NCBI RefSeq assembly: GCF_000020025.1 | Contig: NC_010628.1 | Span: 4,830,001 to 4,862,000 of the forward strand | From: Nostoc punctiforme PCC 73102 | GTDB lineage: Bacteria > Cyanobacteriota > Cyanobacteriia > Cyanobacteriales > Nostocaceae | Reading direction: 5' to 3' | DNA length: 32,000 nt | Shown here: in pieces, positions 9,312-17,143 of the stretch | Layout of the letters: every line of letters starts with the position of its first letter | How positions within the stretch are numbered: position 1 is the first letter of the stretch | Made by a program: the position numbers and the translations under genes | The notes under the pieces: model-generated | What the model was told of the DNA's origin: nothing | Database searches by the model: none | What the model saw: the letters and a program-made list of their open reading frames with translations, nothing else

Positions 9312-10283
9312 TTATTTGAACTCTGTTAGCTCTAGCCTTTCTAAATTATGATAGCGATAAGACTCGTAACACCAATCGAGATTACCACGAATCCAACTAT
9401 GCATCCCTGATATATATTTTGTAATTTCAACATCTAATTCTTCTGAAAAAAATGAAAGAGATGATTCTACTTTTATCAAAGAATGTACTTCCTCATTATG
9501 AATTTTTACCACTTGTTCTATTGCTTTTTCTAAAGAGATTTTTTTATGATAATGCAGTACAAATATTAAATTGTGAACATCACCACTAGCTATTTCTCTG
9601 GATGCTGAAAAGATATCGTTAGACCAGGCAATAATGTCAGTTGTAATTAGTTCCAGCTTTTTGACAAGGTGATGATTTCTTAAAACATCGGGAATGATGA
9701 ACTGATTACAAAACTCAGACAATGCGAGAACAGCATAAACACCTACACTTGACCTTCGTATCATAATATAAGTGTCTAGATCGGGTACAATTCCCTTTGC
9801 GCGGTTGGTTGCTTCCTGAACACACCCATAAAAGTAGTCTTCCAAGTAGCTGATGAAGTAATTGAACCATTTTATACTAGCTCTTTGGAGAGTTCGTTTT
9901 CGTAAGTCAATTAATGCATGACTGAATAGTGTATCCTGGCTTGTAAGTTCTGCACCGTTAAGTATTTCTAAATATCTTTGGTGAAAATTATTTAATACTT
10001 CAGGTTGCTTTTTTAACTCTGATAGATCGCATTGGTCATCCCAAATAAACACCCAACTCAACCAGTCATGTGTAATCTTCAATTCTTCAAACTTGCTATC
10101 AGGGTAAGCAGATGCAGCTAAGAAAAAGAATTTGGACTTGCAAAAACGCTTATAAGCTGATTCATTAGCCAGGAGGTTGAAGCGAAGTACCCATTCAAGA
10201 GAGTACTCTTCTAAAACATCGACATACTTATTAGTCTGAGATGGAAATGGACAGTACAAACCAGGGCAAAGTAATTGATTCAT
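9312..10283 (-). CDS. Class I terpene synthase, bacterial sesquiterpene-cyclase type
   Basis: 323 aa. Asp-rich motif DDQCD (nt 10026..10040) and NSE triad NDIFSASRE (nt 9594..9620) with typical spacing. The size fits single-domain bacterial sesquiterpene synthases. Confidence 0.85.
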   Translation of the reverse strand: MNQLLCPGLYCPFPSQTNKYVDVLEEYSLEWVLRFNLLANESAYKRFCKSKFFFLAASAYPDSKFEELKITHDWLSWVFIWDDQCDLSELKKQPEVLNNFHQRYLEILNGAELTSQDTLFSHALIDLRKRTLQRASIKWFNYFISYLEDYFYGCVQEATNRAKGIVPDLDTYIMIRRSSVGVYAVLALSEFCNQFIIPDVLRNHHLVKKLELITTDIIAWSNDIFSASREIASGDVHNLIFVLHYHKKISLEKAIEQVVKIHNEEVHSLIKVESSLSFFSEELDVEITKYISGMHSWIRGNLDWCYESYRYHNLERLELTEFK

Positions 10284-10411
10284 AACAATGTATTAGTTTA
10301 AAGTACCGAAAAAATGGGTTGCCCTACCAGACAGACAGTAGCTCAATACTATTCTTTAAAGAGCCTTTAAAAAACTTTTAAAAAATTTATATATTAAAAC
10401 GCACAAGTTTC

Positions 10412-10441
10412 GTTTACGCCACTACATAGTAGTGTGTAAAC
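10412..10441. promoter_or_regulatory. Imperfect 30-nt palindrome in the divergent promoter region between the terpene synthase and the REC-HK operon (candidate operator)
   Basis: gtttacgc-cactac-ata-gtagtg-tgtaaac. The core cactac/gtagtg (10420..10434) is a perfect match; the outer arms gtttac/gtaaac also match. Confidence 0.3.
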
Positions 10442-10863
10442 ACATATAAATATTTCAACAGCTATCTAGATACTTTCATTAAAAAATAAAAGTAGCCACT
10501 TCTGTGTGTCTTCATTGAGCAATATGGTTGACTAACTGAAAAAGTTAACTGATGGGTATCAACAACGTAACATTAGCACTACATTTATAAAAAGACAAGG
10601 GTAATAATGACTAATTTTAGAGCGATCGTCTTCATAAAGGAGGATTTTCAACTCTAGTGAAAGTGCAGATTTGTCGTTGATGTCCATGCTGTAGCGGTTG
10701 CATAGAGCAATTTAGCCTGAGAATGTTGCTGTTATCAGAGTTTTTGGGAACTATATGGTTGTCAGAGGATATATTTGCCAGTCAGTCTGCAAAATAAGGG
10801 TGACTTAGCTGCGATCGCAGGCAATAGTAAACAATAAATAAGGAGTTAAATTAATTTAAATAC

Positions 10864-12186
10864 ATGAATTATAAGCCATATCTACAAATGCTTAACCTCC
10901 CAGAAGATAGTTTAATTTTAGTGGTGGATGATACCACTACAAATTTAGGAATTGTCTTTGACATATTAACTAATGTTGGTTTTAAAGTTGTTACAGAAAA
11001 TGATGGCAGTAGGGCACTTAAGCAGGCTGAAGAGCAATTACCTGATTTAATTTTATTAGATGTAATGATGCCGGGAATAGATGGATTTGAAACTTGTAAA
11101 AGACTGAAAGAAAATTCAGCTACTTATGATATTCCAGTAATTTTTATGACAGCTAACTCTGATACTAATAGTAAAGTTAGGGGTCTAAATATAGGGGCGG
11201 TTGATTATATTACTAAACCTTTTAATGAAGAAGAGTTACTAGCTAGAATTAAAACCCATCTACAATTACGAAATCTTACAAAAACTTTAGAGAAACGAGT
11301 TGCAGAAAGGACAGCAGCGTTGTCTAAGGCATTAAAAGACCTACAAGAGTCTCAACTTCAGCTTGTGCAGACAGAAAAAATGTCTGCTCTTGGCCAATTA
11401 GTAGCAGGAGTTGCTCATGAAATTAATAATCCAGTTAGTTTCATTCATGGAAATCTCGGACATGCTTCAGTATATTTTCAAGACATAGCTAATATTATTA
11501 ATCTCTATCAGCAGTACTATCCAAATCCGGTACCAGAAATTCAAGAGGAAATTGCAGGGATAGATTTGAAGTATATGCTTTCCGATTTACCTAACTTAAT
11601 TTCTTCAATGAAAGAGGGTGTTCAGCGCATTCGTAATATTAGTACTAGTCTGAGAACTTTTTCTCGTGCAGATAGCGATCGCAAAGTTTCTTGCAACATT
11701 CATGATGGCATCGACAGTACAATCATGATTCTCAAACACCGTTTAAAAGCATCCGAGAATCGACCTGATATTCAAATAATTAGAGATTATGAGAATTTAC
11801 CAGATTTAGAATGCTTTATCGGACAGCTTAATCAGGTATTTATGAATTTATTAGCTAATGCTATTGATTCTTTAGAGGAGTCTAATATAGGACGAACTTA
11901 TATTGAAATTGAAGCAAATCCTAATCAAATTTTTATTCAGACTACTCTCAATGAAAACAATAATTATATTCTAATTCGGATTAAAGATAATGGGGTGGGA
12001 ATGTCGGCTGATGTCCAGCAAAAAATCTTCGACTATTTATTTACCACTAAGCCTGTTGGTCAAGGTACAGGATTAGGATTATCAATTGCTCATCAAATTG
12101 TTGTCGAAAAACATGGAGGAACTCTGGAGGTAAATTCAGAACTTGAACACGGTTCAGAATTTATCATTAAACTCCCTATTTACTAA
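10864..12186 (+). CDS. Hybrid protein: N-terminal receiver (REC) domain fused to a histidine-kinase core
   Basis: 440 aa. REC motifs VVDDTT, LLDVMMPGIDG, FMTA, TKPF. A coiled coil precedes the H-box AGVAHEINNP (His codon 11416..11418), N-box QVFMNLLANAIDSL, DNGVGM, GQGTGLGLS. Confidence 0.9.
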   Translation: MNYKPYLQMLNLPEDSLILVVDDTTTNLGIVFDILTNVGFKVVTENDGSRALKQAEEQLPDLILLDVMMPGIDGFETCKRLKENSATYDIPVIFMTANSDTNSKVRGLNIGAVDYITKPFNEEELLARIKTHLQLRNLTKTLEKRVAERTAALSKALKDLQESQLQLVQTEKMSALGQLVAGVAHEINNPVSFIHGNLGHASVYFQDIANIINLYQQYYPNPVPEIQEEIAGIDLKYMLSDLPNLISSMKEGVQRIRNISTSLRTFSRADSDRKVSCNIHDGIDSTIMILKHRLKASENRPDIQIIRDYENLPDLECFIGQLNQVFMNLLANAIDSLEESNIGRTYIEIEANPNQIFIQTTLNENNNYILIRIKDNGVGMSADVQQKIFDYLFTTKPVGQGTGLGLSIAHQIVVEKHGGTLEVNSELEHGSEFIIKLPIY

Positions 12187-12215
12187 TTATACTAAGTAAC
12201 TTTATCGGAATCTTT

Positions 12216-13367
12216 ATGTTTAAAACAGCAGTAGGCCACAGTAACGATCCAGATTCTCTGTCAGCAATTGAAGAAGTTCTTCAGCAATGTGTCAGTTCCC
12301 TTGGAGGAGATATACCAAAAGCTGGGATTCTTTTTTCTGCAATTGACTTTGAACATGCTCTCATTTTGCAGCAAATTCATCAGTTTTTTCCGGGAATTGA
12401 GTTAATTGGTGGAACAACTGATGGAGAAATTTCTTCAGTTTTAGAATTTCAGCAAGACTCAATCACCTTAATGTTATTTTGCTCAGATGAAGTTGAAATT
12501 AATGCAGGAGTTGGACGTAAGGTTTCAGTCGATCCAATTGCTGTAACTAAACAAGCTGTAGAGCAAGCCAAAGCAAAAACTACTGAAACTCCAAGGCTAT
12601 GTTTAACTCATCCAGAGAGTCTTACAATTAGTGGTGTATCTATATTGCATGGCTTAAAATTAGCTCTTGGTCAAAATGTGCCGATATTCGGCGGTTTAGC
12701 AGGCGATCAGTCCAGATATCAAAATACATATCAATTTTTTCAAACAGAAGTATTAAGTGATTCTGTACCAATTCTACTTTTTTCAGGCACAATATTGTTT
12801 TCTCATGGTGTTGCAAGTGGTTGGCATCCTATCGGTCAAATAAGCCAAGTGACTAAGGTAGATAAGAACATACTCTATGAAATAGATGGTAAACCAGCTT
12901 TAGATTTTTATCATCATTATCTAGGTTTACTTCCTCCTTCAATGGAATATCCTCTAGCAGTATTTGATCAGAATAGAGACAATTTTTATATAAGAGCGCC
13001 GATTGCTTACAATCAGGATTCTGGTAGCATCACCTTTTTTGCAGATATTCCCGATCGAGCTGTAATTCAAATTGCGGAAGCATGTTATGAAGATATTTTG
13101 GCAGCTTCTAAAGCATCATTTATGAATGCCTTAAATAATTATCCAGGTGCAGAGCCAAGTGCTGTTTTATTTTTTTCATGTGTAGCTCGTCGGCAAATAC
13201 TTGGTACGAGAGCAAAAGAAGAGTACCAGAATACGAAACTCTGTTTGACTTACCATTTACCTGGTTGTGGGTTTTATTCTTATGGAGAAATTGCTCCTAT
13301 AGATGGAATGAGCCAGACACAATTCCACAATGAAACTTTTGTAACTTTAATTTTGGGAACTCGGTAG
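12216..13367 (+). CDS. Stand-alone FIST-domain (FIST_N + FIST_C) sensory protein
   Basis: 383 aa. The N-terminus, size and motif pattern (GILFSAIDFEH..., GGTTDGEIS, FGGLAGD, GWHPIG, FFSCVARR, FYSYGEI) match my recollection of FIST proteins; this has not been checked with an HMM. The gene starts 29 nt after the preceding gene. Confidence 0.65.
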   Translation: MFKTAVGHSNDPDSLSAIEEVLQQCVSSLGGDIPKAGILFSAIDFEHALILQQIHQFFPGIELIGGTTDGEISSVLEFQQDSITLMLFCSDEVEINAGVGRKVSVDPIAVTKQAVEQAKAKTTETPRLCLTHPESLTISGVSILHGLKLALGQNVPIFGGLAGDQSRYQNTYQFFQTEVLSDSVPILLFSGTILFSHGVASGWHPIGQISQVTKVDKNILYEIDGKPALDFYHHYLGLLPPSMEYPLAVFDQNRDNFYIRAPIAYNQDSGSITFFADIPDRAVIQIAEACYEDILAASKASFMNALNNYPGAEPSAVLFFSCVARRQILGTRAKEEYQNTKLCLTYHLPGCGFYSYGEIAPIDGMSQTQFHNETFVTLILGTR

Positions 13368-13373
13368 AATTTT

Positions 13374-14420
13374 ATGGAATTTTTGGATTACCAACAAGAA
13401 AATAAGGAACTAAAGAAAGCGAATAGAATTCTTCAAAAGCAATTAGAGCGTTCTGAGGTAGACCGGGTAAAACTAGAAGAGACAAATGAGAAAAAAGAAT
13501 ATTTGCTCAGAAAAGTAATTGCTGAATTAAAGGAATATCAAAACAATCTAGAAGAAAGAAGCCAAGAACTAGAAATGATGCTTCTTAATCTTCAGATAAT
13601 GCAGAATAAGATGTCTAGTTTGGGAAGTTTGGTTGCAGATGTAGCTCATGAAATTAACAATCCAGTTGGCTTTATAGTAGGTAATCTGACTCCAGCTCAA
13701 GAGTATATTCAGAATTTGTTACATTTGATCGACCTATATCAAAAAACCTATCCTCAAGCATCTCAAGAAATTCAAGAAATCATCAAAGTAATGGATCTAG
13801 AGTATGTGCGTGAGGATTTACCTAAACTAATTTCATCAATGAGAGAAGGCACTAATCGCATTTCTAATATTAGTAGTAGCTTGCGAACTTTTTCCAGAAC
13901 AGATACAGAACAAAAAGTTATGTTTAACCTTCATGAATGTATTGACAACACTCTTTTTATTCTCAAGTATCGGTTGAAAGATAATAAGATTCGTCCTGCT
14001 ATTCAAGTAGTTAAAAATTATGACGGTGAGATTCCTCCTATACCATGCTTTCCAGGACAATTGAGTCAGGTATTTATGAATTTGTTGGCAAATGCAATTG
14101 ATGCTTTAGATGAGTCGAATTCGGGATTGAGTTTTGATGAAATTAAGGAAAGTCACAATCAAATTATAATTCATACTGCTCGAAACAAAGATGAGAATCA
14201 CGCATTGATTAAGATTCAAGATAATGGTGTAGGAATATCGCCTGATGTTCAGCAAAAAATGTTTAGTCATTTATTCACAACAAAACCTGTGGGAAAAGGA
14301 ACAGGATTAGGATTATCAATCGCTTATCAAATAATTGTTCAAAAACATAGGGGAACTCTAGAGGTAAAATCTGTGCTAGGAAAAGGTTCTGAGTTTATCA
14401 CTAGAATTCCCATCTCTTAA
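13374..14420 (+). CDS. Soluble histidine kinase with only an N-terminal coiled-coil (no recognisable sensor or TM segment)
   Basis: 348 aa, starting 6 nt after the FIST stop. H-box ADVAHEINNP (His codon 13647..13649), N-box [30 protein letters not shown]. Confidence 0.9.
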   Translation: MEFLDYQQENKELKKANRILQKQLERSEVDRVKLEETNEKKEYLLRKVIAELKEYQNNLEERSQELEMMLLNLQIMQNKMSSLGSLVADVAHEINNPVGFIVGNLTPAQEYIQNLLHLIDLYQKTYPQASQEIQEIIKVMDLEYVREDLPKLISSMREGTNRISNISSSLRTFSRTDTEQKVMFNLHECIDNTLFILKYRLKDNKIRPAIQVVKNYDGEIPPIPCFPGQLSQVFMNLLANAIDALDESNSGLSFDEIKESHNQIIIHTARNKDENHALIKIQDNGVGISPDVQQKMFSHLFTTKPVGKGTGLGLSIAYQIIVQKHRGTLEVKSVLGKGSEFITRIPIS

Positions 14421-14798
14421 AATAGTAAATCTATCAATTCTTGAAATTAAGATTATTTAAAATTAATTTTTAATATAGAATCAGGCGATTGAAACGAATA
14501 ATTTGTGGTTCATAATGGGTAATTAACTACGCTTTCAGAGCAGTAAAATTCATTTATTTAAAATAGAAAAATTTGATCCTGTTTGTAAATAAGCTGGTTT
14601 ATTTGCAAAGTGAGAATTGGTTTGAAGCTAGAAGAGACTTTGCAAAACCGAGAACTGTCGCAACGACAAGATTTAGAAATTGCGATCGCTATCACAATTT
14701 ATTAGAAACACAAGCAAGCACCAACTTCTTTAAAGAAAGGTATCAACCAGTTACTTTATGGTCATTTTGGGGAACTCTATAACTGTAGTTCCAAGATT

Positions 14799-15356
14799 GT
14801 GTTCTCAAAATTTATGACTAATGCACTTAATCATTCGATAGCCACGCTTAATGTTTCTTTAGAACGCGATATATTTTTACGTACATTAATTAGAGAATTA
14901 TCTGGCACTTTGCAGGATGTAGTTGGCTTAGAAGAAGCTTCTGGATTTATTAGTGTAGTTGGTGAAAGGATGGCTACGCAGCTTGATCAAGATTACAAAT
15001 CTGCTCTGGAAGTCTCCAAACTTTCCCGTAAGCAGGTCGCTGATGTCTTGATTGATTTAAAAAAACGAATCCAGGGCGATTTTTATGTTGTTGAGCAGGA
15101 TGATGAAAAAATTGTCTTTGGCAACCGCGTCTGCCCATTTGGGGAAAAAGTGCTTAATCGCCCTGCCATGTGTATGATGACTTCAAACGTCTTTGGGACG
15201 ATCGCAGCTAATAATCTGGGATATGCGAAAGTAGAATTGCAACAGACAATAGCACAGGGTGCTTCGGGATGTAGAGTTATTGTTTACTTAAAATTTACAG
15301 AAGAGGCAGAAGATGCAGAAGGTCGAGAATACTTTAGGGGACTAGAATCTGTGTAA
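14799..15356 (+). CDS. Small soluble three-cysteine protein, V4R / methanogen-output-domain-1-like (putative ligand or redox/metal sensor module)
   Basis: 185 aa. C-terminal pattern RVCPFGEKV...[44 protein letters not shown] resembles V4R-type folds; the family assignment is from memory only. GTG start at 14799; an alternative ATG lies at 14814. Confidence 0.45.
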   Translation: MFSKFMTNALNHSIATLNVSLERDIFLRTLIRELSGTLQDVVGLEEASGFISVVGERMATQLDQDYKSALEVSKLSRKQVADVLIDLKKRIQGDFYVVEQDDEKIVFGNRVCPFGEKVLNRPAMCMMTSNVFGTIAANNLGYAKVELQQTIAQGASGCRVIVYLKFTEEAEDAEGREYFRGLESV

Positions 15357-15395
15357 ACTCTTCCTCACTAAAATAACCATAGGATACAAGCTTGA

Positions 15396-16811
15396 GTGCA
15401 GATATGTAAATTAGAATCGAACCCTGAAATTGGAAGCCCCATGACTCCCGAACAATTTCTTGAATTTGCCAGAGTTTTACCAGAACCTTTGCTCCTGGTG
15501 AGTGGAGAGGGTCAGTTGCTAGCGACCAATCAACCAGTAGCAGATATGCTGGGGTTACGCCGTCAGGAACTGCGGGGAAAGATGCTCTTTGAACTTGTAA
15601 CTCAGTCTACTGACGATGTTGTAAAGTACCTGCAAGCTTGTTCAAGTAGTAGAGCAATGGTTATTGGCTCCTTGACTTTACGAAAGAATGATGGACAAAC
15701 CTTAATATGTCGTAGTCAAGGAGCCGTTATTCAACCTTGGTCTCCTGAATCTTCAAGTTTAATTCTCTTACGTTTAGAAAATAGAACTTTAGCTAGCAGT
15801 AATTTTGTTCTCCTAAACCAGAAAATCGATGAGTTAGCAAAAGAAGTTCAGAGACGTAAACAAGCGGAGGAAGCGCTGTGGAAAGCTAATCAAGAGTTAG
15901 AAATTCGGGTTGAGGAACGTACAACTGCTTTACAAGAAACACTAAACGAACTACAACTTACCCAAACTCAACTTATCCAAGCTGAGAAAATGTCTAGTTT
16001 AGGTCAGATGGTTGCTGGTATTGCTCATGAAATAAATAACCCCGTCAGTTTTATTTATGGAAACCTCCACCACGCCTATAAATACACTCATGATTTACTG
16101 AAATTGGTGCAAATCTATCAACAACTTTGTCCCAATACTCCTCTAGAAATCCAACAGGAGCTAGAAGAAATAGACTTAGATTTTCTGATTCAAGATATAA
16201 CTAAACTCTTCCAGTCAATGACAGTAGGAACAGAGCGAATTCAGGAAATTGTTAAATCACTACGTAACTTTTCCAGACTGGATGAAGCAGAGCTTAAACA
16301 AGTCAATATACATGAAGGAATTGATAGTGCTTTAATGATTTTGGAGCATCGACTGCAAGCTAGGCATGAGTACCCAGAAATCAAAGTGATCAAAAAATAT
16401 AGTCAGCTACCTAATGTAACTTGCTATCCTGGTCAACTTAACCAAGTGTTTATGAATATTCTTGCTAATGCGATCGATGCACTGGAAGCGCTGGCGGTCA
16501 ATTCGCAAACAACTGACAATCAAAAGCTGACAAATAATAATCCCCAAATTCAAATCAAAACTGAGGTAATCAATGAAAAATGGATTGCGGTTAGTATTGC
16601 TGATAATGGTTTGGGAATAGATGAACAAGTTCGCTCAAAGGTATTCGATCCATTTTTCACTACCAAAACCGTGGGTAAAGGCACAGGAATAGGGCTATCT
16701 GTAAGCTATCAAATTATAGTTGAAAAACATGGCGGACAACTGAGCTGTTTTTCGGTTCCAGGAAAAGGTGCAGAATTTGTGATCAAGATACCTGTTAACT
16801 CAGTCTCATAA
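15396..16811 (+). CDS. PAS-like sensor histidine kinase
   Basis: The ORF starts at GTG 15396, but ATG 15441 (MTPEQFLEF...) is the more likely start. An N-terminal PAS-like ~120 aa and a coiled coil precede the H-box [10 protein letters not shown] (His codon 16026..16028), N-box [29 protein letters not shown]. Confidence 0.88.
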   Translation: MQICKLESNPEIGSPMTPEQFLEFARVLPEPLLLVSGEGQLLATNQPVADMLGLRRQELRGKMLFELVTQSTDDVVKYLQACSSSRAMVIGSLTLRKNDGQTLICRSQGAVIQPWSPESSSLILLRLENRTLASSNFVLLNQKIDELAKEVQRRKQAEEALWKANQELEIRVEERTTALQETLNELQLTQTQLIQAEKMSSLGQMVAGIAHEINNPVSFIYGNLHHAYKYTHDLLKLVQIYQQLCPNTPLEIQQELEEIDLDFLIQDITKLFQSMTVGTERIQEIVKSLRNFSRLDEAELKQVNIHEGIDSALMILEHRLQARHEYPEIKVIKKYSQLPNVTCYPGQLNQVFMNILANAIDALEALAVNSQTTDNQKLTNNNPQIQIKTEVINEKWIAVSIADNGLGIDEQVRSKVFDPFFTTKTVGKGTGIGLSVSYQIIVEKHGGQLSCFSVPGKGAEFVIKIPVNSVS

Positions 16812-16820
16812 AATTTTAGG

Positions 16821-16878
16821 ACTTACGTAAAAGAATTACCCCTACAATTTTGCGTAAGTTCTATAGGTGCATCTTCAT
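16821..16878 (+). repeat. Copy B of the ~46-nt repeat (16833..16878), embedded in a 12-bp hairpin just after the kinase stop codon
   Basis: acttacgtaaaa (16821..16832) pairs with ttttgcgtaagt (16848..16859), including one G-U pair. The loop, right arm and following 20 nt align to 1569..1617. Confidence 0.7.
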
Positions 16879-16915
16879 ACAGAATTCAATACTCCTCGAA
16901 GCAACACATTCTTGG

Positions 16916-16943
16916 GTAAAGACGCGATTCATCGCGTCTCTAC
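16916..16943. repeat. Short palindromic hairpin element (gta-a-agacgcgat-tc-atcgcgtct-c-tac)
   Basis: A perfect 9-bp stem agacgcgat/atcgcgtct with a 2-nt loop. It resembles small palindromic repeats common in Nostocales intergenic DNA. Confidence 0.5.
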
Positions 16944-17077
16944 AGATGGTCTATTTGTCGCATTCTTTTTTCAAATTGGTATTAAAGGTTTTTTCTTTTC
17001 CCCGCCCCTTCCCACCTTACCCTTTTCCCCAAAACCCGACGACAAGTATTGATACAGAATTGGTATTAATAGATATG

Positions 17078-17110
17078 AAAAACGCCTGTCTGCTAATTAG
17101 CAAACAGACG
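17078..17110 (-). terminator. Rho-independent terminator of ndhB
   Basis: The minus strand reads cgtctgtttgc-taatta-gcagacaggcg followed by ttttt. It lies 34 nt downstream of the ndhB stop. Confidence 0.7.
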
Positions 17111-17143
17111 TATCTTTGAGTAGAAAGTTATATTGAGAATCGG

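Noticed and set aside
13836-14060. 74-aa minus-strand ORF
   Set aside because: It is antisense within the 348-aa histidine kinase gene.
14573-14782. 69-aa plus-strand ORF in the spacer before the V4R-like gene
   Set aside because: It has a non-ATG (TTG) start and no recognisable motif. Its composition is that of intergenic DNA and it contains a HIP1 site.
16407-16628. 73-aa minus-strand ORF
   Set aside because: It is antisense within the PAS-HK gene.
16850-17119. Overlapping plus-strand ORFs of 89 and 61 aa
   Set aside because: They are built from the dispersed repeat, the palindromic hairpin, the C-rich tract and the ndhB terminator. The Pro/Phe-rich translation is an artefact of the C/T tract.
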